This document shows, piece after piece, positions 34,878 through 46,055 of a DNA stretch of 64,000 bases. The notes under the pieces were generated by a model. That model was not told where the DNA came from, did not search any database, and worked only from the letters and a program-made list of their open reading frames with translations. The stretch is taken from the NCBI GenBank assembly GCA_963717505.1, contig OY970342.1, positions 2,976,001-3,040,000 on the forward strand, in the 5' to 3' direction. The translations under genes were made by a program, and so were the position numbers. Source of the DNA: Candidatus Eiseniibacteriota bacterium (GTDB taxonomy: Bacteria > Eisenbacteria > RBG-16-71-46). Position 1 is the first letter of the stretch. Every line of letters starts with the position of its first letter.

Positions 34878-35748
34878 CGCGATCGTCGCCCACGCGCCAG
34901 GGGCAGTCGGGAACCGAGTCTTGTCCCGGCTGCGCGACCTGGCGGATCCGCCGGAGTGGCTGTTCGTGCGCGGCGGATTGCCGGACGCCGAATGCTGGGT
35001 CGCGATCGTCGGATCGCGTGCCGCCACGCCGTACGGACTCACGGTCGCGACCCGGCTCGCCGCCGACCTGGCGCGGCTCGAGCGGCCGATCGTGAGCGGG
35101 CTCGCGCATGGGATCGACGCCGCCGCACACGGCGCCGCACTCGACGCCGGTGGTCGGACCGTGGCCGTACTGCCGGGCGGTGTCGACACGGTGGTGCCGG
35201 CCTTTCACCGCGAGCTCGCCGCGCGGATACTGGAGAACGGCGCGCTGGCGAGCGAGTACGCGTCGGGACCGCCGTTCGGCCGCGGGGCATTCGTGCGCCG
35301 CAACCGATTGATCGCAGCTCTGGCCTCGGCGGTGGTCGTGGTCGAGGCTGCGAGCCGGAGCGGAGCGCTTTCGACCGCGCAATTCGCCTTCGACCTCGGA
35401 CGCCCGGTGCTTGCGGTTCCCGGCGACATCGATCGGCCGACCAGTGCGGGTCCGCTGCAACTGCTGCGCCGGGGTGCGCGCCCGTGCGGTGGCGTCGCCG
35501 ATGTGCTGGCCGCACTCGAGGTCGCGCCGGCGGCGCCGGTCGAGTCGAATGCGCCGGTACCCGCGGCCGGCGTCGAGGGAGCGCTGCTCGCTCGACTCGA
35601 CGACACGGCGCGCACCGTGGACGAGCTGGCACGCGTGACGGGGATCGATCTGCCGGCGGCACTCGATGGCTTGCTCCGTCTCGAGTGGTCGGGATTGGCT
35701 CGTGCGCTGCCCGGCGGCCGCTGGCGTCGCGACCCGATCGACGCATGA
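34849..35748 (+). CDS. dprA: DNA-processing protein DprA
   Basis: VAIVGSRAAT, IVSGLAHGIDAAAH, FVRRNRLIAALA, VVEAASRSGALST, C-terminal winged helix. Confidence 0.92.
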   Translation: MKSAVGNAADAIVAHAPGAVGNRVLSRLRDLADPPEWLFVRGGLPDAECWVAIVGSRAATPYGLTVATRLAADLARLERPIVSGLAHGIDAAAHGAALDAGGRTVAVLPGGVDTVVPAFHRELAARILENGALASEYASGPPFGRGAFVRRNRLIAALASAVVVVEAASRSGALSTAQFAFDLGRPVLAVPGDIDRPTSAGPLQLLRRGARPCGGVADVLAALEVAPAAPVESNAPVPAAGVEGALLARLDDTARTVDELARVTGIDLPAALDGLLRLEWSGLARALPGGRWRRDPIDA

Positions 35749-36656
35749 GCGCGAGCCTGTCGATTCGGAATGGCGGCGAAGCGCTGCTCTTGCAGGCGAT
35801 CGCTGCGGGCTTTCGCGCCGCCGGGCCGCGCGGGTCGTTGCGCGTGGGCGAATCCCTGGGGAGCCTGGCGCGCACGATCGGGCTGCGGGCGCGCGTAGCG
35901 CGCGACAACCTGCGGCACTCGTTTCCGGAGAAGAGCGAGCCGGAACGCGAAGCCATTCTCGCCGCCCACTATCGCGAAATCGGTCGCATCGTAGCCGAGT
36001 ACCCGCGCATGCCCGAGCTGGCGCGCGCGCCGCGCGGCGTGGCTCTGGTCGAGCTCGAGGGCCAGGAACACCTCGAGGCGGCGCGCGCTGCGGGTCGTGG
36101 CGCGGTGCTGGTCTGCGGTCACTATGGTTTCTTCGAGCTGGGCGGGGCGTTTCTCGGGCAGATTCATCCGGTGTCGTTCGTGGTGCGGCCGATGCGCAAT
36201 CCCCACGTCGAGGGCTGGGTGACCCGTCTGCGTCACGGCGCGGGCATACGAACCATCGATGCCGGCTCGGGCATTCGCAGCGTCTACCAAGCGCTGCGCT
36301 CCAACGAGTGGGTGGCCATGCTCGCCGACCAGGACGCACGGCGCACCGGAGTGTTCATTCCCTTCCTCGGGCGGCCGGCGAGCACGGCGATGGGTCCCGC
36401 GCGCATTGCGCTCGCGACCGGTGCGGCGGTGATCATGGGCCGCATGTTGCGGCGCCCGGACGGACGACACGACCTGCGAATCGAACCGCCGCTCGCAATG
36501 CCGGATGCCAGAGCCCCCGAGGCCGCCGAACAATTGACGGCGACGCATGTCGCCGTGCTCGAACGCTGGATCCGCGAACGACCCGAGCCGTGGTTTTGGC
36601 TGCATCGTCGCTGGAAGACCCGACCCTTGGGAGAGGCCGGACATGCATCACTTTGA
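35745..36656 (+). CDS. Lipid A / lysophospholipid acyltransferase (LpxL/HtrB family)
   Basis: GHYGFFE catalytic motif, MLADQD, PFLGRPAST, PEPWFWLHRRWKT. Confidence 0.88.
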   Translation: MSASLSIRNGGEALLLQAIAAGFRAAGPRGSLRVGESLGSLARTIGLRARVARDNLRHSFPEKSEPEREAILAAHYREIGRIVAEYPRMPELARAPRGVALVELEGQEHLEAARAAGRGAVLVCGHYGFFELGGAFLGQIHPVSFVVRPMRNPHVEGWVTRLRHGAGIRTIDAGSGIRSVYQALRSNEWVAMLADQDARRTGVFIPFLGRPASTAMGPARIALATGAAVIMGRMLRRPDGRHDLRIEPPLAMPDARAPEAAEQLTATHVAVLERWIRERPEPWFWLHRRWKTRPLGEAGHASL

Positions 36657-37080
36657 GCTGCGGGTGCGCTATGGCGACACCGACCAGATGGGCTTCGCCT
36701 ACTATGCGAACTACTTCAAGTGGTTCGAGATCGGCCGCGCGGAGATGTTGCGATCGCTCGGCCGCAGCTATCGCGAGGTGGAGGAGCACGGCGTTTCGCT
36801 GCCGGTGCTCGAGGCCGCGTGTCGCTACCTGGCGCCGGCGCGTTACGACGATGCGGTCGCGATCGAGACCGGGGTGATCGAGCTGGGGCGCGCGCGGGTG
36901 CGCTTCGGCTATCGAGTGTTGCGGGTCGGCGAAACCGATGCGATCGCCTTCGGCCACACCGACCACTGCTTCATGGGGCGCGACGGTCGTCCCATGCGTC
37001 CGCCGGCCATGCTGTCCGAGGTATTGACCGCGGCGCCGCGGGCGATTGTGAGCGCCGACGGATCGGTCGCTCCAGCTTGA
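36643..37080 (+). CDS. YbgC/FadM-family acyl-CoA thioesterase
   Basis: RVRYGDTDQMGFAYYANYFKWFEIGR, YLAPARYDD. Confidence 0.9.
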   Translation: MHHFELRVRYGDTDQMGFAYYANYFKWFEIGRAEMLRSLGRSYREVEEHGVSLPVLEAACRYLAPARYDDAVAIETGVIELGRARVRFGYRVLRVGETDAIAFGHTDHCFMGRDGRPMRPPAMLSEVLTAAPRAIVSADGSVAPA

Positions 37081-37351
37081 GACGGACTCCCCGGCCCCCG
37101 GAGCAATCGACGGCGGTCGTGTTCCCTGCCCCGCGGTGGGGGTGAAAACCCTCGAACCGGCGGGGATGGCTGACGCCTGCCGAGATCGGGCCGCATGCAC
37201 CGCATGAGAGGGCGCCGATAAGGCGCTGTCGGACAGCCTGTTGTGGTACCAGCAGGCGATCGCAAACGGGCCGGATCCTTTCGACCCTGTGGCATGGCGA
37301 TTGCGGCCTGATGGGGCAGGAGATCCCGACCATGCCCCCGTGTTCCACGCC

Positions 37352-39229
37352 ATGAGCAAAGGCCCCGAACCGAACTCGACCCATCATGGCGTTTTTGGCA
37401 CTGCGCCGCTGGATCCGGCGGAGCGACTGGCGACGATGGTTTCGATCGAAGGCATCGAGCGCGCGATCCTGGCGTTCGCGGTTCATCGCGACGGCGGCGG
37501 CTTCGAGCGCGCGCATCTCGTGCTTCACGATCCCCACCTCGACGAACTCGTAGCCTGGACCGGCGTGGTCGCGAGTGCGTCCGCCGAGACTCTGGATGAG
37601 GCGATGGTGCGCGCCGCCATGGCGCCCGACGCCGCGGGCACCGAACCCGGACGCCGGCGCAGCGTGCGCTGGAAACCCGACGAGCTCGACGGTCTCGCGT
37701 CGCAAGCCTGGCAGGAGGGAGTCGCACTCGGCGACGCGGCCGGAGCGAACGAAGCTTCATCGTGTGAAGCGGCCTTGCGGCTCGAATGCGGCTCGCGCCG
37801 CCACGGATTGTTGCTCGGCGCATGGACGTCGGGTGAAGAGCTCGAAACGCGTTGCGAACGCGTGGAGCGCATTCGACGGAATGCAACGCGGCTGTTGGCC
37901 GCCTGGTCGCGTCACGAAGCCGCGCGCCGCGCCACGCGCCAGACGGATGCACTGGCCGAGCTCGCGCGTTGCGGCGTTTCGAGCCACAACGTGGTCGAGC
38001 TGTTGCACGACGCGCTGCGACTGGTCGCGGCTGACGATGCGGCGAGCGGGGTCGCCATTTGGAAGACGGAATCGGCTCCGGGGCGCAGCGAGCTACAGCT
38101 GTCGCTGACCGGTGGCACGCCGGAGTCGCGCGAACGGGAAGCGCGCTCCCTCGAGCCCTCGGCGCTCCGCGCACTGCGTTCGGGCCAGGGCACGTGGTGC
38201 GATCAGGTGGTAGAGGGGCAGCCGGCGTTTGCCGAGGGCGCGATCGCGCGACTCGCGATGCTGCCACTGATCGCGTACGAGCGAGTGGTCGGCGTGCTCG
38301 CGGTGTGGAGCCGCGCCGGTGCGCGTCCGGATCGCCCCGGTCCCTGGTTGCCCGCGGATCGCGCGTTCCTGTGCGGCGTCGCCGACCTGGTGGCCATGGC
38401 GTTCGACCAGGCCGAACGGTTCCAGCGACTGCGCGATGCCGAGCAGCGCGCCGACGAACTCAAGCGTCGCCTGCGCCGCATCGAGCGCATGGCCGAACGC
38501 GGTGCTTCGGCGATCGCGGCCGCGGAGGCGGCACGCAATCCGATGGTCTCGATCACCGCGTTCGCGCGAAGGCTGCAAAGCTCGTTCGATGCCGCCGCAC
38601 CCGAGCGGGAATACCTGGACGTGGTGTTGCGCGAAGCGGAGCGGATCGAACACCTGCTCGACCATCGGCCGGCCGCCGCTGCCGAGCCGCCGCCGGAACT
38701 CGGCATCGAATCGCCGAACCGGCTGGTCCAGGAGGCGCTGCAGCGCCATGCCGAGACGCTGGTCCGCCGCCGCGTGCGGTTGGTGAAGAAGCTGGCCCCT
38801 GACGTTCCGCGACTCAGGGTCGATGCCGAGCGCGTGCGCGAGGCGGTGTCGGCTCTGCTTTCGCGTTCGCTGGACTCGGTGGCGGTCGCCGGTCGCATGC
38901 GGGTCGAGACGCGGCGTTCGCAGGGTTGCGTCATCGTCGAGATCGCCCACGACGGTCCTCGGGCTCCGGGGGCGGCGCTCGAAGATCTGGATCGCGTGTT
39001 CGGACCCGACAGTTGCGGTGCGCCCGGGCTCGAAGCCGCGCGACGCATCGTTGCCGACCATGGCGGTGAGCTGCGCGTGCGCTCCGAAGGCGAATGGAGC
39101 GCGATCATCGGCCTGTCGTTGCCTATTCTCGGCAACGAGGATCGACGGAGAGAGAGCGATCGGCGCGGAGGAAGTCGCGACCGCCGACATCCACCGACCG
39201 CACACGCCGCGCATCCCACGCGCGGTTGA
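37352..39229 (+). CDS. GAF-domain histidine-kinase-like protein with degenerate H/N/G boxes (start could be 37241 or 37436)
   Basis: GAF (LPLIAYERVVGVL), DHp-like AEAARNPMVSITAFARRL...YLDVVLREAERIEHLL, degenerate HATPase, C-terminal DRR repeats. Confidence 0.75.
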   Translation: MSKGPEPNSTHHGVFGTAPLDPAERLATMVSIEGIERAILAFAVHRDGGGFERAHLVLHDPHLDELVAWTGVVASASAETLDEAMVRAAMAPDAAGTEPGRRRSVRWKPDELDGLASQAWQEGVALGDAAGANEASSCEAALRLECGSRRHGLLLGAWTSGEELETRCERVERIRRNATRLLAAWSRHEAARRATRQTDALAELARCGVSSHNVVELLHDALRLVAADDAASGVAIWKTESAPGRSELQLSLTGGTPESREREARSLEPSALRALRSGQGTWCDQVVEGQPAFAEGAIARLAMLPLIAYERVVGVLAVWSRAGARPDRPGPWLPADRAFLCGVADLVAMAFDQAERFQRLRDAEQRADELKRRLRRIERMAERGASAIAAAEAARNPMVSITAFARRLQSSFDAAAPEREYLDVVLREAERIEHLLDHRPAAAAEPPPELGIESPNRLVQEALQRHAETLVRRRVRLVKKLAPDVPRLRVDAERVREAVSALLSRSLDSVAVAGRMRVETRRSQGCVIVEIAHDGPRAPGAALEDLDRVFGPDSCGAPGLEAARRIVADHGGELRVRSEGEWSAIIGLSLPILGNEDRRRESDRRGGSRDRRHPPTAHAAHPTRG

Positions 39230-39255
39230 CGCCCCTTCGCGGGCCGTGGCATCCT
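39226..39255 (+). promoter_or_regulatory. Candidate promoter for the tRNA pair
   Basis: TTGACG (39226-39231), 18 nt, TG-extended CATCCT (39250-39255). Confidence 0.4.
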
Positions 39256-39298
39256 GGCGCGTCGCTTTGTCTTTGCTGCGCGAGAGACCTCGCGACGT

Positions 39299-39374
39299 GC
39301 GACCCTAGCTCAGTTGGTAGAGCACGTGACTGAAAATCACGGTGTCCCCAGTTCGATTCTGGGGGGTCGCACCA
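39299..39374 (+). tRNA. tRNA-Phe(GAA)
   Basis: Acceptor GCGACCC/GGGTCGC, anticodon arm CGTGA-CTGAAAA-TCACG, TTCGATT loop, ACCA end. Confidence 0.97.
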
Positions 39375-39429
39375 TCCTGGAAACGGGACCGGCGCGACAC
39401 GCGCCCCGCGGTTCCGCACCCGTTTCGGA

Positions 39430-39505
39430 GCTGGTGTAGCTCAGCTGGTAGAGCACGTCACTCGTAATGACGGGGTCACCGGTTCGATTCCGGTCACCAG
39501 CTCCA
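39430..39505 (+). tRNA. tRNA-Thr(CGT)
   Basis: Acceptor GCTGGTG/CACCAGC, anticodon arm CGTCA-CTCGTAA-TGACG, TTCGATT loop, TCCA end. Confidence 0.97.
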
Positions 39506-39967
39506 TTTTGACTGCAGTGTCCGCGAATCCCCTTCATTTTCCGAATGCACCCGTCTGGATGCCGCCTGGGGAAGATAACGGCGTCCGAAACCTACCGGGT
39601 GGGCACACTGCCTTGGACCTCATCGAGGGTCAGCCCCCAACGCCGAACCCGTCCGTCGACTGCGACTGACTGGGGGGGGCAGACGTCGCCGAAAGGGCTT
39701 GCGAAAAAAACAACTTGACGGGTTCTAGCGGAGGATCAGCAGGAGCTCGCCGATGGTTTCGTGACGCCGTATGTGCGCGTTCAGGTTGGGTTGCAGCAAT
39801 CGAACCCGTCTCCCATCGACAAAAAGCGTGCGGCGCACCATGGTTTGCCAAGCCCGGGCATCCCTGAGCGTCGAAAACACGTGTGCTCTAATAGGTGAGC
39901 CCCAACGGGTCGGATTGTGGATCCGGCCGCAGCATCAGGCTCGCCCCCGAGTCAGGAAGTGCGAATC

Positions 39968-41218
39968 ATGCACGCCTACTCGCTGTCGCATTTGAGCGAC
40001 TCCGAAGTCCTCCGAAGTGCGGCTGAGCACAACAGCCAGGAGCGAAGCAATGCGGCGATGCTGATCGCTCACATCGCCGAGATCGATTCCCGCCGCCTCT
40101 ACCTGCCCGCCGGCTATCCCACGACGTTCGAGTACTGTGTCGCGGAACTCAGGCTGTCGGAAGACGCGGCCCTGAAGCGCCTCCAGGTGGCGATGGCCGC
40201 CCGGAGCTTTCCGGTTCTCTTTTCGGCGCTGGCGGAGGGGCGAATCCATCTGACCGGAGCCCGTCTGCTGGCACCTCATCTGACCGCGGAGAACGTGGAC
40301 GAGGTGCTGGCGGCGGCCACCCACCGACGCAAGGCCGAGATTGAGGAGATGTTGGTCGAGCGCTTCGGCAGCTCGGAACGCGCTCGACCGATGACGTCGA
40401 TTACTCCTTTGAAAGTCTTACATGCCCCGGGGCATGTAATTCCTACACTGTTGGACTCGGTCGCCGAACCTGCACCGGCTTCGACGGACGAACCCCAGGC
40501 GGAAGAACCGGTCCAGGAGCCGGCGGCGCGGCCACCCGTGTGTTTCAAGCTCCAAGTCGTGATCGAGAAGAGCACGCACGACAAGTTGCGACATCTCCAG
40601 GCGCTGCTCAGCCATGCCCTCCCGACCGGCGATGTGGCACAAGTTCTCGACCGCTCGTTCGATGCCTTGATTGCGCAGCTCGAGCGACGGAAGTTCGCGG
40701 CCACGGCGAAGTCGCGGCAGACGGGCCCCTCGAGCGCCAACCCCCGACACATCCCGGCGCACGTGAAGCGAGCCGTACGAGAGCGGGATCAAGGGCAGTG
40801 CACGTTCGTGAGCCATACCGGCCAACGGTGCGGGGCGCGAAAGTTCATCGAGTACGACCATATTGAGCCGGTGGCCCGCGGCGGCCAGTCGACCGTGGAC
40901 AACCTGCGGCTGCGCTGTCGGGCGCACAACCAGTTCGAAGCCGAGCGCGTGTTCGGAGAGAGCTTCATGGACCAGAAGCGAGAGGCGGCTCGCCGGCAAT
41001 CAGAAGAGAAAGCAGCGACTCGACAGGAAACCCAAGACATTTTCAATGGACTCCGCGAGCTAGGATTCCGCGCCGTCGAGTCCCGTCGCGCCGCTGAATA
41101 CTCGGCCGCCCTTCCTGACTCGACGTTGGAGCGGCGCATGCGCGCAGCGATCAGTTATCTGCGCCCAAAGGTTCGATCTCACTCGCAATGCACCGCCGCA
41201 GGGGCAGCGCCAGCGTGA
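39968..41218 (+). CDS. DUF222-like HNH endonuclease with RuvA-C-like tail
   Basis: N-terminal LIAHIAEIDSRRLYL..GY..FEYCV..LSEDAA.KR; HNH RDQGQCTF..RC..EYDHIEPVARGG..NLRLRCRAHN; tail GLRELGFRAVESRRA; SD-like AGGAAG before ATG 39968. Confidence 0.85.
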   Translation: MHAYSLSHLSDSEVLRSAAEHNSQERSNAAMLIAHIAEIDSRRLYLPAGYPTTFEYCVAELRLSEDAALKRLQVAMAARSFPVLFSALAEGRIHLTGARLLAPHLTAENVDEVLAAATHRRKAEIEEMLVERFGSSERARPMTSITPLKVLHAPGHVIPTLLDSVAEPAPASTDEPQAEEPVQEPAARPPVCFKLQVVIEKSTHDKLRHLQALLSHALPTGDVAQVLDRSFDALIAQLERRKFAATAKSRQTGPSSANPRHIPAHVKRAVRERDQGQCTFVSHTGQRCGARKFIEYDHIEPVARGGQSTVDNLRLRCRAHNQFEAERVFGESFMDQKREAARRQSEEKAATRQETQDIFNGLRELGFRAVESRRAAEYSAALPDSTLERRMRAAISYLRPKVRSHSQCTAAGAAPA

Positions 41219-41294
41219 CCGACCCCGTCATTCGTCAGGATCACGAAAACTCCACGGCTTTGTCCTGCCGCACGGCTCGCCTATCCTGCGCGCC

Positions 41295-42656
41295 GTGTCG
41301 ACACCCCTCATGATCTCGGTTTCCGGCATTCGCGGCATCGTCGGTGAAACACTGACCCCCGACGTCGTCACGCGCTTCGTCTCAGCCTTTGCCGCCGAAT
41401 TACCCCCAGGCCCCGTCGTGGTCGGCCGTGATGCGCGCATCAGCGGACCGATGGTGCTGCGCGCCGCCGCCGCGGGACTCACCGCCGCCGGGCGCGACGT
41501 GGTCGACTTGGGGCTCGCGACCACGCCCACCACTCAGGTCGCCGTCGAGCATCTGAAGGCCGCGGGCGGCGTCATCCTGACCGCGAGTCACAATCCCGCG
41601 CCGTGGAACGCGCTCAAGTTCCTCTCTCATCGCGGGGAGTTCCTCGATCCCGCAACCGGTCAGAAAGTCCGCGCGCGTTACGAATCGGGATCCCTTCCAT
41701 GGGCGGCGTTCGATCGACTCGGAACCGAGCGCACGGAAACCTCGGCGCTCGACTGGCACATCGAACAAATCCTGTCGCTCGACTTGATCGACCGCAAGCG
41801 CATCGCCGCGCGCTCGCTGCACGCGGTGGTCGACGGCTGTCACAGTGTCGGCGGCGTCGCAGTGCCGCGCCTGTTGCGCGAACTCGGGTTGCGCGTCACC
41901 GAGCTCGACTGCACTCCGGACGGCGCGTTCACCCGTGAGCTGGAGCCGCTGCCCGAACACCTCGGTGCGCTCGGCAAGGCGACCGCCGCCGCCGGCGCCG
42001 ACTTCGGCATCGCCCTCGATCCCGACGCCGACCGCGCCGCGTTCGTCGACCACGAGGGGGTGCCGCTCGGCGAGGAGTACACGCTGGCGCTCGGCGTCTC
42101 GGTCGTCCTGGAGAAACACCGCGGGCCGGTCGTGACAAACCTCTCGACCTCACGTATCGTCGATGCCGTCTGTTCCCGCCATGGAGTTCCCTTGCACCGA
42201 ACCCCGGTGGGCGAGGCCCACGTCGTTGAAAAGATGCGGGCCTGCGGGGCGATCGCCGGTGGCGAAGGCAACGGCGGCATGATCCTCCCGGCGGCGCACC
42301 ACGGCCGGGACGGCCTGGTCGCCGCGGCGCTGGTTTCCCAGGCGCTGGCCGCCAGTGGCAAAACCCTGAGGGATCTCGCCGATGCGCTGCCCCGATACCA
42401 TATGATCAAGGCTAAAATCGCGAGGCCCGATACCTCCTGGGACGCGGCAGCCGAACGGCTGCGCCGCGCCTTTCCCGATCACCGGGTCGAAGCTACCGAC
42501 GGCCTCCGCTTCAGCCGCGACGAGGAGTGGCTCCATGTCCGGCCGTCCAATACGGAGCCGATCGTGCGCTTGATCGCCGAGTCGCCGGGAGCGGCACGCA
42601 CCGCCGCCCTGATCGACGAAGCACGTCATTCGCTTCTGGCGGCGACGCCAACGTGA
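41295..42656 (+). CDS. glmM: Phosphoglucosamine mutase / phosphohexomutase
   Basis: LTASHNP phosphoserine motif, DPDADR, GGEGNGG, RPSNTEP; directly upstream of glmS. Confidence 0.85.
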   Translation: MSTPLMISVSGIRGIVGETLTPDVVTRFVSAFAAELPPGPVVVGRDARISGPMVLRAAAAGLTAAGRDVVDLGLATTPTTQVAVEHLKAAGGVILTASHNPAPWNALKFLSHRGEFLDPATGQKVRARYESGSLPWAAFDRLGTERTETSALDWHIEQILSLDLIDRKRIAARSLHAVVDGCHSVGGVAVPRLLRELGLRVTELDCTPDGAFTRELEPLPEHLGALGKATAAAGADFGIALDPDADRAAFVDHEGVPLGEEYTLALGVSVVLEKHRGPVVTNLSTSRIVDAVCSRHGVPLHRTPVGEAHVVEKMRACGAIAGGEGNGGMILPAAHHGRDGLVAAALVSQALAASGKTLRDLADALPRYHMIKAKIARPDTSWDAAAERLRRAFPDHRVEATDGLRFSRDEEWLHVRPSNTEPIVRLIAESPGAARTAALIDEARHSLLAATPT

Positions 42657-42666
42657 GGAGTCTGCC

Positions 42667-44499
<1,833 letters not shown>

Positions 44500-44506
44500 G
44501 GAAGTC

Positions 44507-44908
44507 GTGAAGGCGCCCATCCAGGTCGCGGACGCTCCCAAGGCGATCGGTCCCTACAGTCAGGCGCAGGTGGTCCGACTCCACGGGGGCAATCGCATGG
44601 TGTTCACCTCGGGGCAGATCGCGCTCGACCCGAAGAGCGGCCAGATCGTGGCCGGCGGCATCACCGAGCAGACGGAGCGCGCCCTGGCGAATCTCGGCGC
44701 GGTGCTGGCCGGTGCCGGGCTCGGCTTCGGCGACATAGTCAAGACCACGGTGTTCCTGGTCGACATGGCCGACTTCGCCGAGATGAACCGCGCCTACGAG
44801 CGCAGCTTCGGCGCTTCGCCGCCCGCGCGCACCACCGTGGCCGTGGCCGCCCTACCCAAGGACAGTCGAATCGAGATCGAGGCGGTCGCGATCGGACGGG
44901 ACTTCTGA
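44507..44908 (+). CDS. ridA: RidA/YjgF family imine deaminase
   Basis: APKAIGPYSQA, SGQIALDP, VKTTVFL, PARTTVAVAALP, IEIEA. Confidence 0.9.
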   Translation: MKAPIQVADAPKAIGPYSQAQVVRLHGGNRMVFTSGQIALDPKSGQIVAGGITEQTERALANLGAVLAGAGLGFGDIVKTTVFLVDMADFAEMNRAYERSFGASPPARTTVAVAALPKDSRIEIEAVAIGRDF

Positions 44909-44936
44909 ACGCGACACCCGGCTCGCAGGGGACACG

Positions 44937-45998
44937 GTGAGCGAGAAACGGCGCATCGAGATCCGCCTGACGGCTCAGGTCGCGTGTGCGGGTTGAGCCG
45001 CCAAGATGGGTCCGGCGGACCTGAGATCGGCTTTGAAAGGCCTTCCGCGCGCGAAACGCGACCGGCGCGTTCTCGTGGATCATTCGACGCTCGACGATGC
45101 GGGTGTCTTCGCCTATCGACCCGGTGAGGCGTGGGTGCAGACCGTGGATTTCTTCACCCCGGTGGTCGACGACCCCTATGACTACGGCCAGGTCGCGGCG
45201 GCCAACTCCGTGTCGGACGTCTACGCCATGGGCGGCAAGCCGCTGACCGCGCTCGCGCTGCTTTGCTATCCGGAGCACGGCATGCCGCCGGAGGTCCTGC
45301 CCGAGATCCTGCGCGGCGGCCAGGACAAGATGAGCGAAGCCGGGGTCAGCATCTTGGGCGGCCACACGGTGCGCGACCCCGAGATCAAGTTCGGCTACGC
45401 GGTGACCGGCGTGGTGAAGCGGGCTCGCGTGCTGACCAATGCCGGCGTGCGACCCGGCGACGCGCTGGTTCTGACCAAGCCGCTCGGCACCGGAATCCTG
45501 GCCACCGCGCTCAAGCAGCAACGGCTGACCGCGCCGCAGATTCGACGCCTGACCCGCTCGATGGTGCAGCTCAATCGCGCGGCCGCGGAGGCGGCGGTCG
45601 AGTTCGGCGCGCGCGCCGCGACCGATGTCACCGGCTACGGACTGATCGGTCACGCCCGACAGGTGGCCGACGCCAGCGGCGTCACGCTGCGGCTCCGCCC
45701 CGAGGCCCACTGGTTCCTGCCCCGAACGCTGGAGCTGGCGGCCGCCGGCGTGAAGCCGGGCGGACTCGGCACCAACCGCGAGTTCTTTGCGCCCTCGGTG
45801 GACGCGGGCCCCGTGGAGGGGCCGATGCTCGAGGCGCTGTTCGATCCCCAGACTTCGGGCGGACTCTTGATCTCGATTCCTGCGCGCCGGGCGTCGGCGC
45901 TCGAAAAGGCGCTCGATCGTCGCAGGGTGTGGCATGTCCGCGCCGGCGACGCGGTGGCCCGCGGGCCGTTTGCCCTCGAGCTCGTATCCGGTTCATGA
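44937..45998 (+). CDS. selD: Selenide, water dikinase containing selenocysteine (in-frame UGA at 44994-44996)
   Basis: GTG at 44937 reads MSEKRRIEIRLTAQVACAG-UGA-AAKMGP in frame with ORF 45006..45998; DDAGV, QTVDFFTPVVDDP, ANSVSDVYAMGG, LTKPLGTG, TDVTGYGLIGH, DPQTSGGLL. Confidence 0.95.
44997..45031 (+). promoter_or_regulatory. Candidate bacterial SECIS element
   Basis: GGGTCC-GGC-GGACCT hairpin (45008-45022) with a G-starting loop 17 nt after the UGA; lower GCCG/CGGC stem. Confidence 0.65.
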
Positions 45999-46055
45999 TC
46001 GGTGACCGCTCGGCGGGGGTCGGAGGTCGGCCGCCCGCACTACCGTCGAGACTGC

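Noticed and set aside
37214-37221. GCCGATAA, a sigma28-like -10 box
   Set aside because: No TAAA -35 at the expected spacing and no flagellar context.
39548-39601. Possible hammerhead ribozyme (stems plus CGAAAC)
   Set aside because: The CTGANGA core and a third stem are missing.
39299-41294. tRNA-integrated genomic island with attL/attR
   Set aside because: No integrase and no direct repeat of either tRNA 3' end seen downstream.
42657-42666. glmS ribozyme
   Set aside because: Only 10 nt separate glmM and glmS.
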